Shown here one piece after another: positions 26,961-39,255 of a stretch of DNA of 64,000 nucleotides. Position numbers and translations under genes: made by a program. The DNA is taken from contig MNCI01001941.1 of assembly GCA_015680685.1 (NCBI GenBank), positions 1,308 through 65,307 on the forward strand, read 5' to 3'. Positions within the stretch are counted from its first letter, which is position 1. Each line of letters starts with the position of its first letter. Origin of the DNA: Gnetum montanum (Eukaryota; Plantae; Gnetophyta). The notes under the pieces were generated by a model. The model did not search any database, was not told where the DNA came from, and saw only the letters and a list, made by a program, of their open reading frames with translations.

Positions 26961-27804
26961 TTGGTGCCTCTTTATTGGTGTCTAGAGGATTAACCCAAGA
27001 GGCACCAATAGAGAATACAAAGCACCACTACATTTTCACCATTAATGTTTCCTCTCTACACTTAGTCTAGTTGTGTCAAACCATGATGAAGAGTACTTGT
27101 GGTAATAGGATAAGACTATGATGAGATGGTGGTAATGGTCATTAGGGAGATGGTCATGGAGGCTAACAATGCATTCCAAGTCTTGTCATCATGGCTATAG
27201 CATGACACTAATATGTTTTAAAGTGTTGTTTACTCGACAAATATGTTTGATGAGCTAATCAATTCACTCCAAGATTTCTTCAGCCATTAGGCTTATTGGC
27301 TATTCATCCTCTTGGTAATTTGCATCCCTTTTTCTTTATTTTCTTTCTTTTTTCTTGTGGGGTGAGACCTTCATTGGGTCTCATTGCTAGGGCCAATTTG
27401 ACATAACTTTCCCATTGAGTGAGTTTTGTTACACTCAATGGACTTGGTGGTTATCCCATCGAACAAGATGTGTTACTCTCAATAGACATAAGGTTAACAT
27501 TTTTTTCCAAGATATTGAGGTCATAATGAGGTTATGGGGCTAGACTTAAGAAGTGATGCTAGATGGAGGATAATGGAATAAGCATTCTTGACATATCAAG
27601 ACAAACTCACCAAATCTTACACATTGAGGTCATGTAGTAACTTACTGCTTCAATGAGTTGCACCTTTGTGATGACTCTAGGCTTTATCTTGCAAACACAA
27701 CTTCAAGAAGACTAGAAAACCAAGAAAATAGATCATGTTATAACATTACAATGCATATAGGCCACATAGAATTATAAAACCAAGCTACCCAAGTCACCAA
27801 CATT

Positions 27805-28100
27805 GCTAGTTTAAGGCCATGGAAAGCCATGGTACTAATTTAATACCCTGGTAGGCCATGTTGCCAGTTTAAGGTCATAGCAAACCATGGTGCCAATTTT
27901 AAGGCCTTGGTAGGCCATGGATTCATCAATTTTAGGCCTTGGTAGGCCATGTTACCAATTGAAGGCCTTAGCAGGTTGCATTGCTAGTTTAAGTCCTTGG
28001 CAAGCCACATTACCAATTTAAGGCCTCAGTAGGTTGCATTACTGATTTAAGGCCTCAACAAGCTATATTGTTAGTTTAAGACCTCAGTAGGCCATGGTAA
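27805..28100. repeat. Tandem array (~30-40 bp units) with GCYAGTTTAAGGCC core, 3' of B's integrase
   Basis: About 9 repeated gctagtttaaggcc / gccagtttaaggtc units. Confidence 0.85.
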
Positions 28101-28157
28101 ACTAGGCTTACTTATTGATTATTGTTAATGTCATGGCTATTGTAGGCTACATGTAGG

Positions 28158-31100
28158 TCACATGTAATAAGGTTTTAGATAAGAATGGTTGACCGAATTA
28201 GCCAACTCATTTCTATCCATATCTACAATCCTAAATGCTCCATTATTGTAGGCCTCAATGATAAGGAAGGTTCCTTCCCAATTAGCTGAAAATTTATTTG
28301 CATGCTCATAAACAGCTTTGAGAACCAGGTCATCCTCCTTGATCGTACACTTGGTCAAGTTATGGTGGTGCTACTATTTTCTCCTCTCTTGATAGTTCTC
28401 GACATGGGTAAGCACTTGCATACACTACTCCTCCACCAAGTCTAGGTCCACTATCTGCGACTCCTTAATTTTTTCATTGTTGATGAAGTTGGTCAAGGTC
28501 ACTCGAAGTGATGGGACATGCAATTCAAGAGGTAAAATAACTTCAAAACCATAAATCAAGCTATAAGGTGTTACGCAAGTTGTTGTATAGTAAGTCATGT
28601 GATAGGCCTAGAGTCCATTGACAAGTCACTCATGCCATCTGCACTTACTATTGTTGAGCATCTTCTTGAGCAAGTTCATGATGGCCTTATTGCTTGCTTC
28701 TACTTGTCCATTAGCTTGAGGCTAATAAGGTGATGAGAAAGAATGCTTAATACTTAGTCGTGACAAAAATCCTTTGTTTTTTGGCTACTAAATTATGGTC
28801 CATTATTTGTAACTATGGTCATGGGTATGCCAAAATGGGCTATAATATTACCTAAGATAAATTTACAAACTTGTTTGGATGTTGTCTTTTTCAGGAGAAT
28901 AACTTCAACCCACTTAGTAAAGTATTCAATTGTGGTGATGATAAAGCTATGCCCTGTGGAAGACTTAGGCATTATAGGCCCAATGATATCCAACCCCCAT
29001 CATTAAAATGGCCAAGTTATCTAAGTGGTATGAAACTCAATCAATGGTACATGTATAAGGTTACTATGCTAATGGCACATGCCACAACACTTAACCTTTT
29101 GTAATAATATCCTACCTATCTAATCTTAAAGGCCATAGCTCTAGGTCCTATATGTCCCCCACAAATACCCTTATTAACCTCCTCTAAGACTATTCTAGTT
29201 TCAATTTTACCTAAGCATTTTAATAATAAACCATTGTAGGGCCTTCAACATAATGTGTTATCACCGACAATGACATCCTCTTTGATTGTTTGCGTATAGC
29301 ATCCTTTTGAGCAGTGGTCAAGACTTGTGAGCATTTACCATGCATAAGGTAAAATTTGATATCATCATACCACTCCCTAGCAAGAGAATTATGAACTATG
29401 ACCACAAAGGTATCTTCAATGCCCTATGTGATGGGGATAGCACAATCCATAGTTAAGGTGAACAACTCACTAAACACATCTAGCATCACATTGAAGGCTA
29501 ATATTGCAATGGCATTGGCTATGGAATTCTCATTTTGGGGTATATATTTGATATCAATGTTTATAAATTGTTATAACAATTGCTCAACTAGGTCATAGTA
29601 AGCTTGTAAATATTTGACTCTACACACATAGACCTTAGTCACTTAGTTAACCACAACATGGGAATTGCCTTTAATCATTAAGCATCTATTTCCTATGTCA
29701 TAAGCTACCATGATCCCTCTGATCAAACCCTCATACTCTGTTATGTTGTTGGTACATGGAAATCCAAAACAATAGGTGAAGTGTTGGATTTCATCATATG
29801 GAAATGTTATGATAGCAGCAACACTGGCACCATGGGTAGTTGAATCTTTGTCAAAGTGCATCACTACCTCATAAGCCTAGGGCACTTAGCTAATGGTGTT
29901 AATATGCTCATCAAGAAACTTAGGATCTATGGCTGCTTGGTCATCAACAGGTGATACCGTGAGTTGTATGGCTATAGCTTGAACTTTCATTGAGGATTAA
30001 GAGATGTAATGTAGGTCAAACTCTATTGTTATGGTTTTCCATAAAGCTATATAGCTACTTTCATAGATGTTGGTCATTATGGCTTTGAGTACATTATCTT
30101 TGCAAATGATGTTGACTTAGCTTTTGAAGAGGTAGTATCTTGACTTCTTCAATGACAAGAATAGTGCTAGAAAATACTTCTCCACTTTGGTGTATCGGGT
30201 CTCATGGGAAACTAATGCATGGCTAAGGTAGTATACTAGCATTTCTACTCCATCATCATATTTCTGACAAAGTAGGGAGGAAATGGATGTGTTGGAGATG
30301 GCAAGGTAGATGTAAAATAGTTTACCTTCTTGTAGAGAATAGACTATTGGTAGTTATGATAACTCTTTCTTAAGGTTTTCAAAGACCTCTTGGCATTAAG
30401 CCATCCACTCATAGTGAACCCATTTCTTAAGCAAGTATTACATGAGCTGTAACTTATTTGTAAGCGTAACGATAAACCTACAAATAAACTACAACATGCC
30501 TTGTAATCCTTGAAGCTCCTTAAGGTTGGTAGGCATTGCTAATTTGGATATGGTCTTAACCTTATCCAGATCGAAATGTATCCCTACTTCAGATACTACA
30601 AAGCTCAACATCGTACTAGTCTTGACACTGAAGACACATCTCTTAGGATTAAGCCTAAGCTCATACTTGAGGCACTATTTAAGCACAAGATCTAGGTCAT
30701 TAGCATGGTCATTGACCATTTTGGACTTAATGACTATATCGTCTACATAATTGTTGAGCAAACCTAGCATGTAATCATTGAAGATATAGGTCATGACTCG
30801 TTGATAAGTTACTCCTACGTTCTTAAGGCCAAAGGGCATCATTGTATGGTAAAAGGTACCCCAAGGGATCATGAAGGTTGTGCTAAGTTAATGTTCTAAG
30901 TTGATCCTAATTTGGTTGTATCCCAAGAATCCATCCATAAAGCATAGAAAGGCATGCCCAGCTATATTATCAATAAGTTGTTTAATACAAGGCAAAGGGA
31001 AGTCATCCTTGATAGTTGCTTTATTTAGGTCTTAGAAATTGACAAAAATACATATACTCCCATTCTTCTTAGGGACTAAAACTATGTTGGATACCCATTC

Positions 31101-31655
31101 TAGGTAGTTAATGGCTCAGATGACACCTTCTTGGTATAGTTTTGAGATCTCATCATAAACTACTAAGGCCAAATCAGGTCTAATCTTACACACCTTTTGC
31201 TTAGCTACTCTAATTCTAGGATCTAGTATGATGTTGTGCTAGACTAAACATTGATCTATGCCTAGGATATCTTCATATGAACAAGAAAAGGCCTTAATGT
31301 TACCTTGTAAGACCTTGGTGATGTCTTAAGACTATAGAGGTTCCAATGAGAAACTTAGTTTTAGTGTTTTCTCCTCACCGCTAGGTGTTGTGATAAGAAC
31401 CCCAACTAGAGGATCTTTGGTTATGTCTTTTACCTCTAATTCAAGGGTTTTGACTAGGTTATCAAGCCATTCTAGAGGTTTCTCTATCAAGGCTACATAG
31501 TCAACAAGACCCTCAGGCTCAAGATCTAAGCAATCGGGGTCGATATACCATTCAACATCACCATGAGATCTAGTTAGGCTCAAAGGTAGACTAATCTGCT
31601 CTCATGTACTCATACTTCAATCTTGCATGTCAACCATAAGCACATTAAGTGGCAC
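28158..31655 (-). pseudogene. pol: Element B RT-RH-aRH-integrase
   Basis: MIPWGTFYHTMMPFGLKNVG...NYVDDI; aRH MHFD...CTNNITEYEGLI; INT DIIGPI...EYFTKWVE; KFSANWEGTF...LKPYYM. Confidence 0.95.
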
Positions 31656-32299
31656 CTAGGTAAATATGAATAAATAATTCTAAAAGGCTATGAAATTAAG
31701 CCAAAATATGCTGTTATGATACAAAAAAAATGCAAAAAAGGTCATATAAAGCTATAAACAAAAAGATAGAGATAAGTAAATGACATGGAATAAAGGCTAA
31801 ATCAAGGTCACAATGGGTCATAAACTTGCCAATTTTAGGTCTTAGTAGGCCATGATGCTAGTTTAAAGCCTTAGTGGGCCATGATGTTAGTTTGAGGCCT
31901 TAGTGGGTCATGGTTACATGGTGCCAAATAGTGGTCAAGAAAGGTCAAACTACACTATTTCATACCAATCAAAGCCTAAATAGAGGCAAATAAGGCTATA
32001 ATAAGGAAAATAAAGAAAATATAAAGCTATGTAAAGGTCATACTAAATCAAGATAGTCAATAATGCCACATAAGACAAAAAAATAAGTCAAAATGTCATG
32101 CAATAAGGTCAAATTAAGCAAAATAAGCTACATAGTATGAAAATTGGATAATATAGGTCAAAAAGGATTAGGTTTTGCTAGTTTTAGACCTTTGGGGACC
32201 ATGGTTTAAGGCTATAAGGATCATAGGTAAGTTTAGGCATTAGTGAGGGTTGTTTCTAAGTTGTTTAGGCCTAAAAATCAATGTTTCTAAGGCTTCCAT

Positions 32300-35200
32300 G
32301 CTAAAACCCCATGTTTCCACATTGGCATCATACAAGGAGCGATTTCCAACATGGATAGAACATCCAAATAATTTCTCATGATTTTTTTATTAATTTTAAC
32401 CTTTTGATGGCTTGCATGTCAATGCAATTGACTAGGGAAAGAAATGGGATATTTTGGCATTAGTTTAAACCTCCGAGACTCCTCTTTTGAACCTAAAGCT
32501 ATCTTCCATGTTGGTTCCACACTAGCTAGTGTGGAGCCAATGTGGAGACCAAGGAAAACATGTTACATGACATCCAAAGGATAGAAATTGAGGTTCCATT
32601 TCCTTCCCAAGGTAGTGTAGGCTAGATCTGCCAAATTTGGGCACTTTTGAGGTAAAAAAGGACCAAAAAGTAGCTTTTGAAGTTACTTCTGGGCTAGATC
32701 TCCACATTGACCAGCATGGAGGGGAGGGGATTTAGCATGGATGATGGAAATGTGAGCTAACACAAAGTCAAACAAGATTGCATCTACATCCTTAACCAAG
32801 ATCTAGTAATTGTGCATCTCCTAGTTACATCTTGAGGGCATTTTGAATGGGCTTTAAGCATTAAATCAAGCCTTAGACAGTCTCTACACTTGATCCATGC
32901 TATCTAGCATGGCACCAGTGTGGAGTAGAGGGAGTGCCATTACCTTTTGGTCTTAGGATAATCTGAGGTGCAAATAAACTAGATTTCTAGGCTCCCAAGG
33001 CTATAAACTTCAATTTCTTAAATTTTTTGTTCATGTTGGTTACATTTGAAGGTTATTTAAGGCTATGAAAGGTCATACACCCTTTATGCATGCTAAGGGG
33101 GCTGCTTCAGCATGGACAAAGGGACTTTATGGGTTTCAAGGGTCAAAATAAGGTCAAATGAGTGCAATCTTCAAGCTATGGGGTCTTAGGCTTTCCTAGT
33201 GTGGGTTCTTGGTCTCTTGGAGTGTCAATTTGATGTCTAAGAAGAAAAGGTAGCTTCTTCATGCTAACTCCACACTAGCCAATGTGGAAGAAGGGGTTCC
33301 CAACATGGAAGAGCTATAGATCTTAGATATAGATCAATTTTGACAATGATTAACCATGCATGTATGCTCCTAGGGTTGCTAGTGTCAAGGGCTAGGGTTT
33401 GAAGTTAAATTTAGTAGTCTCCAGGGTTTCTAAGTGATTTTTTGGATTACACCCTTGGTTCCACATTGGCTCAATGTGGAACCAACTAGGAGGATCAAAG
33501 CAATTAAATTTTGGCTATATTTGGCCAATTTCTTAAGGTTTGAAGGCTTTAGAGGGTGTTGGTAGAGTTCTATAGTGCATACAAGGTCATATGATATCAT
33601 TCTAATGTGTTTTTGAGTCCCAAATAAGCCTCCCCCTCAATCTCCATGCTAGCTAGCATGGAAGAGAGAGTTCTTAATGTGGAAGAATTAAAAACTTCAA
33701 ATCTAGACCAAGTTTGATCTTAGTTGACCATGCATGTGTGCTTCCAAGGTTGCTAGGGTTGACGGTTAGGGTCTAAGGTCAAAACTAGTTAATTTGAAGG
33801 TTTTCTAGGTGGTTTTTGAAGTCATTCTTCTTATTCCATCCTAGCTCCACGCTAGCCAGCATGGAACAAGCTAGGAAGATAAAATGGAATCAGTTATTTA
33901 GCTATTTTGGTTAACTATATTCATGCATGTGTACCTTCAAGGTTTCTGATGTTGAGAAGTATGATTTTAGATCAGAATTAGCCAATTTGGAAGGTTACTA
34001 AGTGATTTTGAAGGTTACCCCCTTGGTTTCATGTTGGCTCCATGCTAGCCAACATGGAACCAGCTAGGAGGATTCCAAAGGGTTGATTTTTGACCAATTC
34101 TAACCATTTTTGGTAACGCGTGTATGCTTTCAAGTTTGCTGGAGTCAATAGTAAAAGTCTAAGGCTAAAATTTGGCAGTTTTTAAGGGTTTGAGATGATT
34201 TTATGAGCTTCCCTTATTATTCCACGTTGACTTTACACTAGCCAATGTGCAACCAACTAGGAGGATCTTGGAAACCATGGAAAAATATCATTCTTATTAA
34301 TTTTTAACTACCAGAGTCCTTGGGAAGGTTGAGATGTCATCTGGAGTTCATTCTGAGACAAAAATTTGGGATTTTAACCATCCCCCTCCATCCATGCTAG
34401 CCAATGTGGAAGAGGATCTCCTGAGCATGGAAGATCAATAGGTTAGGTTTTGAATTACTTTTAGTAGGTTTTAACAAATTTTTGAAGCTACTAGGGGTTA
34501 TAGAGATCAAGAGATGAGATTTGGCCTTGAGATTCCTCGATTTTAAGGCTCCTTGATGTTCATGTAGCTATCTTTCTTTTACTCTATGCTAGGTAGGATG
34601 GCCCTAGCATGGATGGTAGGGGGATTATAGATTTTTGACATTTTTGACAAGTTTCAAGACATCTAAATGTTTCAACAAGCTCTAGCAAGATCTAGAGGTT
34701 ACTAGGGTAGGAAATAGGGCTATTTTAAGTCATAGAGATGAGTTTCATGGCATCCCCCATAGCATCCATGGTGGCTCCATGCTAGCCAACATGCAAGAGG
34801 GGATGTTAAGTGTGGAACAAGGCCAAGGTATCCAAAAAAAACTAAAATTTTGAAGGTTATTGACTACCAAAGGTCATAGATGGATACTAGGGCTATTAAT
34901 GTACATTATATGGTGACTTGGCACTCCGAGGATGGTTTTTGATCATACCTCCTAAACCTCCATGCTAGCGCCATACTAGGTAGCATAGAGGAGGGGTTGA
35001 TCAACATGGAAATTAATTTAAGATTGAAAATTAACTGGTTTCAATGCAAAACTAGGCTATCAGAGGCTGTAGAGGAGTGTTAGAGCTGAAAATGGCAATT
35101 ACGTGCTCAATATTGGTTATTTAAGATCACTCCCCATCCATCTATGCTAGATCCATGCTAGCCAACATGGAGGGAGCCTACTCAATAGGGAAGAACCAAA

Positions 35201-35541
35201 TCCAAAGGTTTTGATCACTTTCAACTAGGTTTTCCAAGGTTTCAGAGCTGTCGAAGATAACTGGAGGGGTTATGGGTTATGTGGGACCACCTTAGGGGTC
35301 ATATCTAAGCTTGATAAACATTGGTGGGTAAGAATAGATGTTACCCACTTTTCTTCATGCTAGGCTCCTTGTTGAGGAGTGGTACCTCCTACCAAAAATA
35401 GCAAGATTTGTTCAAGTGTTACCTCCTACCAAAGTCTAGGGTTCATGCATGTTACTGGCAAGTGTCAAAAATGGTAAGGAGAGTTAGGTCTCATCGTTAT
35501 AGGAGGTAGTAAGCATGCATCCATGCTAGATCGACACTATG
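32300..35541. repeat. ~190-bp tandem array with palindromic core inside B's PR-RT spacer
   Basis: TCCATGCTAGCCAACATGGA-type core near 33276, 33468, 33650, 33853, 34046, 34239, 34398, 34590, 34783, 34977, 35159 and 35360. Confidence 0.8.
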
Positions 35542-37386
35542 TGTTACGACCAAAAATGTTCATGGCTGGAAACACTGAGAGGTTGTCGGTCAGACACTCT
35601 TTACCCCAGATCCGTGCGAGGGTCATGCTAGATAAAATGGAAATGAGGTGCCCTGAATGGTCTAGTCGGTCACATAGGGACTTAGTCAGTGTCACTAAAC
35701 CTTTTGCAAACGTGTAATTTGAAAACAATGTTTATAGCATAAAATAATAATTATTATATGCGAGGAAAAGAAAATAATGTAAAATGCAATGATAAGCAGG
35801 AGAATAAAGTAAACTGGAGTTAAGAAATGCATCGCTTCAAGACTACGGCTTTACTTTGTCAAAGTGGATATAATTGATTGCGGAACACTGGGAAGCATAG
35901 AGATCCCAAAAGTAAATAAGACGTTCAAAGCAAGCCAACTGTGCACTTGAACACGGATTCAAGAGCTAATGATGCAAAATGCTACAAAGGAAATAGAAAG
36001 GAGCTAACAGAATGCCAAATGGGAATGCCAACTATTTAATTTTTGTCAACTCATAAAATGTTTACAATGCTCAATATTGCTAACTCTTTTAATTTTGAAA
36101 TTGCCAACCATTCCAAATTTTCCAACTTTCCAACCCATTCAAATCCCCTTTGAATTGCTAATTTTCCAACTTGCCAACTTGCTAACAGATTTTTCAATTG
36201 ATTTGCCAACCCCTGGAGCATTGCTCATTGGGGTATTTATAGGACTAGGAGCATGTGAGAGATGTGGTTTGGATGCCACATGTCCTGGACCCACAAGAGG
36301 TTGATGTGTCCATGTTGCATGGACATGCAAAGCTGATTGATGGGCCTATGGGGTTGCAATCATGCTGTCAAAACTAGAGATGCTGGGATCAGGTGTGCCA
36401 ACAATGTAGACAAGGAGTCAAGCACAACGATGTAGCGTAGCCACCTACTATGCTGTGGAGCATAGCCTATTAGCATAGCGTAGCTACTTGCTACGTTGTG
36501 CTACGCTATGTAGCATAGCATAGCATAGCTGCTTACTACGTTGTGCTACGCTATGTAGTGTAGCATAGCGTAGCTGCTTACTACGTTGTGCTACGCTATG
36601 TAGTGTAGCATAGCGTAGCCACCAGTTCAAAGAAGAAATTTGCATTTAGAGTTAATTTCATGTGTTGGAAGCCTTTGAAGTATATTGGCTGGTTCTACAT
36701 GTTTGCTACGCTACGCTATGCTACGTAGCGTAGCATAACGTAGCAGTTGGCCTTAACTGTGATTTGTACTTAAGTTGCAAACTTTTGTTTGATGATCATG
36801 CTGACAATCTATAATCTTTGTTTTCTGTGATGTGAAGCCTTTGAACTTGCTAATCCTATATTTTGAGATGCCTTTTGTCTTTCTTGCATCATCGCTACAC
36901 TGTGCTACGCTGCATAGCATAGCATAGCATAGCAGCCAACATAGCCTGCTTTTCGCTTAATCTGCTACTTTTCTAGTAAGAGGAGCTTTGCTGGAGGACT
37001 TGAAGTTGAGCAAATTAATTAGTTTTAAAGGTCAGATGTGCTTGCTGAGTGCAATTGAAATCACTAAGTAAGTTGGACCTTTCTGTCTTGCTTTTGCTAC
37101 GTTGTGCTACGCTGGGTAGCGTAGCACTTTATCTTGCAACAGTTCACAGTTGATTGCCTGAGCAACTATCTCCCGAGGCCTACTATGCTACATAGCATAG
37201 CATATCATAGCAAACTTCTTAACTAGAAAACTTGCAGAATTGTTTCGTTGATCCTGAGCACCATCGACAACTCTTAGCATCCTTCGAAAATGTCATGAGG
37301 CTACACTTGTGGGTATGTGAGCCTCATGTCCAAGACCTTGGTGACCCTAGTGAAGCAAGAGTGCCTTGAATATTTAGGATGTTTCA
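35542..37386 (-). repeat. 3' LTR of element C
   Basis: Collinear with 53089-54845; minus-strand TATA (plus-strand tatttatagg ~36234); TAGCG/CGCTA palindromic arrays. Confidence 0.95.
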
Positions 37387-38736
37387 TTGGTCCCTCTTTG
37401 TCAATGTCTGGAGGATGGACCCAAGAGACGTCGACAAAGAATACGAAACACCATGGAAGATAAAATGCTAACATTGCTCTTCAGTGATCGCCAAGATGTC
37501 GCTCAACTATGCTTGAGAGTGCTGCATTGGTTATATGGAGAAGAGGGAAGGTTTAAGCAAGGGGAAGGATTTTAAGCAAGGGGAAGGAGGTTAAGTAAGG
37601 GGAAGGAGGTTCAGGAAAATGGTAAAGATGAACTTAGGGAGGTTCCTCGTCGGAATTCTTGTGAGGGAGTTATTTGCACAGTCATCTTTTCTTTTACTAA
37701 CCTTCGACCTCTCGTCGGAATGCTTAGAGAGGATGATTGTGAAACAACTTATGTGTCATTTGTTTTAGGCACGGTTTTGTTTTGTGAGCTTCGCTCTTTT
37801 ACGCTTTTATTTTTCTATTTTGAATTTTACATTTTCAAACCACCTTGTCACAGGATAGGTGTTTCTTTCCCAAGATGAGTTGTGTTACATCCACATGGGG
37901 CTTTAACCTGCCTACAAATGCTTTCCATGCAGCGAGCTATGTTATGCTCATCATGGACTTTTTGGTTGAGCATATGGGAGGGCTTGATAGGTGTTGGGAA
38001 AAGCTTGTAAAAGAGGGGAGAGAGTGGATTGAGAATGTAAGAAATGAGAGAAGGTAGGTAAAGGGGAAGGATAGGATGTGCACTCCAAAGTAGCCAAGCT
38101 AATCAAGAAGACCACTTTGTAACGATGTAGTGTTCTGCCTCCGTGGTGGAACGCACCTCTAACTGATGCCCCTCTGGAACACACCCTGCAAAAACAACAA
38201 AAAGCAAACCAAGAGAAACAACGATGATGCAAAATGAAGGAAAAGATCTTGCTTACTATGGACATTTCTAGAGCTTTAGACATTGTTACTGAGGCATGCG
38301 ACGTCCAAACTAGGAAGGCTAGCAGTGGCCTTGGCAGCATCAATGTGGGGGAGTTGGCACCGAGGAGGCTAGGAGTTACTGTGAATGGAGATGCTTAGGA
38401 ATCCCTGCCCAAGGAAAGCATTATCAGTTCAGCTATGAGATGGGCTACCCAGAAACTAAACGTCTCTTGAGCTCAAGCACTAGCAGGGGCTGGAGGATAA
38501 CAATATTGTGGCTGGGCCACAATACTACTAGAACTCTAGCAGTAAGCAGGATGTCATACGACATCTCGAGAGGATCAGCAAAATGCCAGGAGTAGTGGCA
38601 CTACATATGTTCTAGAGGGTGTTTTCTTGGCATCGTGAACTGCATTCTGGAACTGCAATGTCCCACCCTATGTCATCACTGTGCATGCTAGCTTATTGTA
38701 TACTGGCATAGATGCATGCTAGGGACATGCCGTGAA

Positions 38737-39235
38737 CCTAGTTTAAGGTCCTGGTAGACTATGGTATGCTGGTTTAACATCTCAATAGACCATGGTGCAC
38801 TAGTTTAAGGTCCTAGCAGACCACTATGTTGGTTTAAGGTCCCAGCAAACTGTTGTGCTAGTTTATCGTCATAGTGGATGATGGATGAGCTAGTTTAAGG
38901 TCCTAGCAGACCTTCTGTGCCATTTTAACATCATGAAAAATTGTCTGTGCCAATTTATAGCCATAGTGAACTATTTTTGCCAGTTTATAGTCATAGCGGA
39001 CTGCTTTGCCAGTTTTACATCATAGTGGATAAGCTTTGCCAATTTTACATCATAGTGGACGTCTGCTCACCTTTGCCAGTTTTACATCATAGCAGACATT
39101 GGTGAAGCTTTGCCATTTTTATGTTGTAGTGGATGTTGGTGAAGCTTTGTCAGTTTTTCATCATAGCATATGTTTGTTTTCCAGTTTAACATCGTAGTGG
39201 ATGATTGCTTGCCAATTTTATGTCTTAGTGGACAA
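38737..39235. repeat. Tandem array (~33-41 bp units) with GCYAGTTTWA core, 3' of C's integrase
   Basis: About 13 ctagtttaaggtcc / gccagttttacatcatagtgga units. Confidence 0.85.
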
Positions 39236-39255
39236 TTTCTTATCGTGTTCATGCT

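Noticed and set aside
22512-26966. MULE, Foldback or CACTA DNA transposon with long TIRs
   Set aside because: No TSD or transposase. The left arm ends in a tRNA-Asn PBS and the right arm abuts a PPT, so both arms are LTRs.
35523-36330. Short ORFs within LTRs (also 9356-9626, 22654-23523, 53374-53910)
   Set aside because: Starts and stops are not consistently kept between paired LTR copies and no domains are recognisable; treated as chance ORFs.
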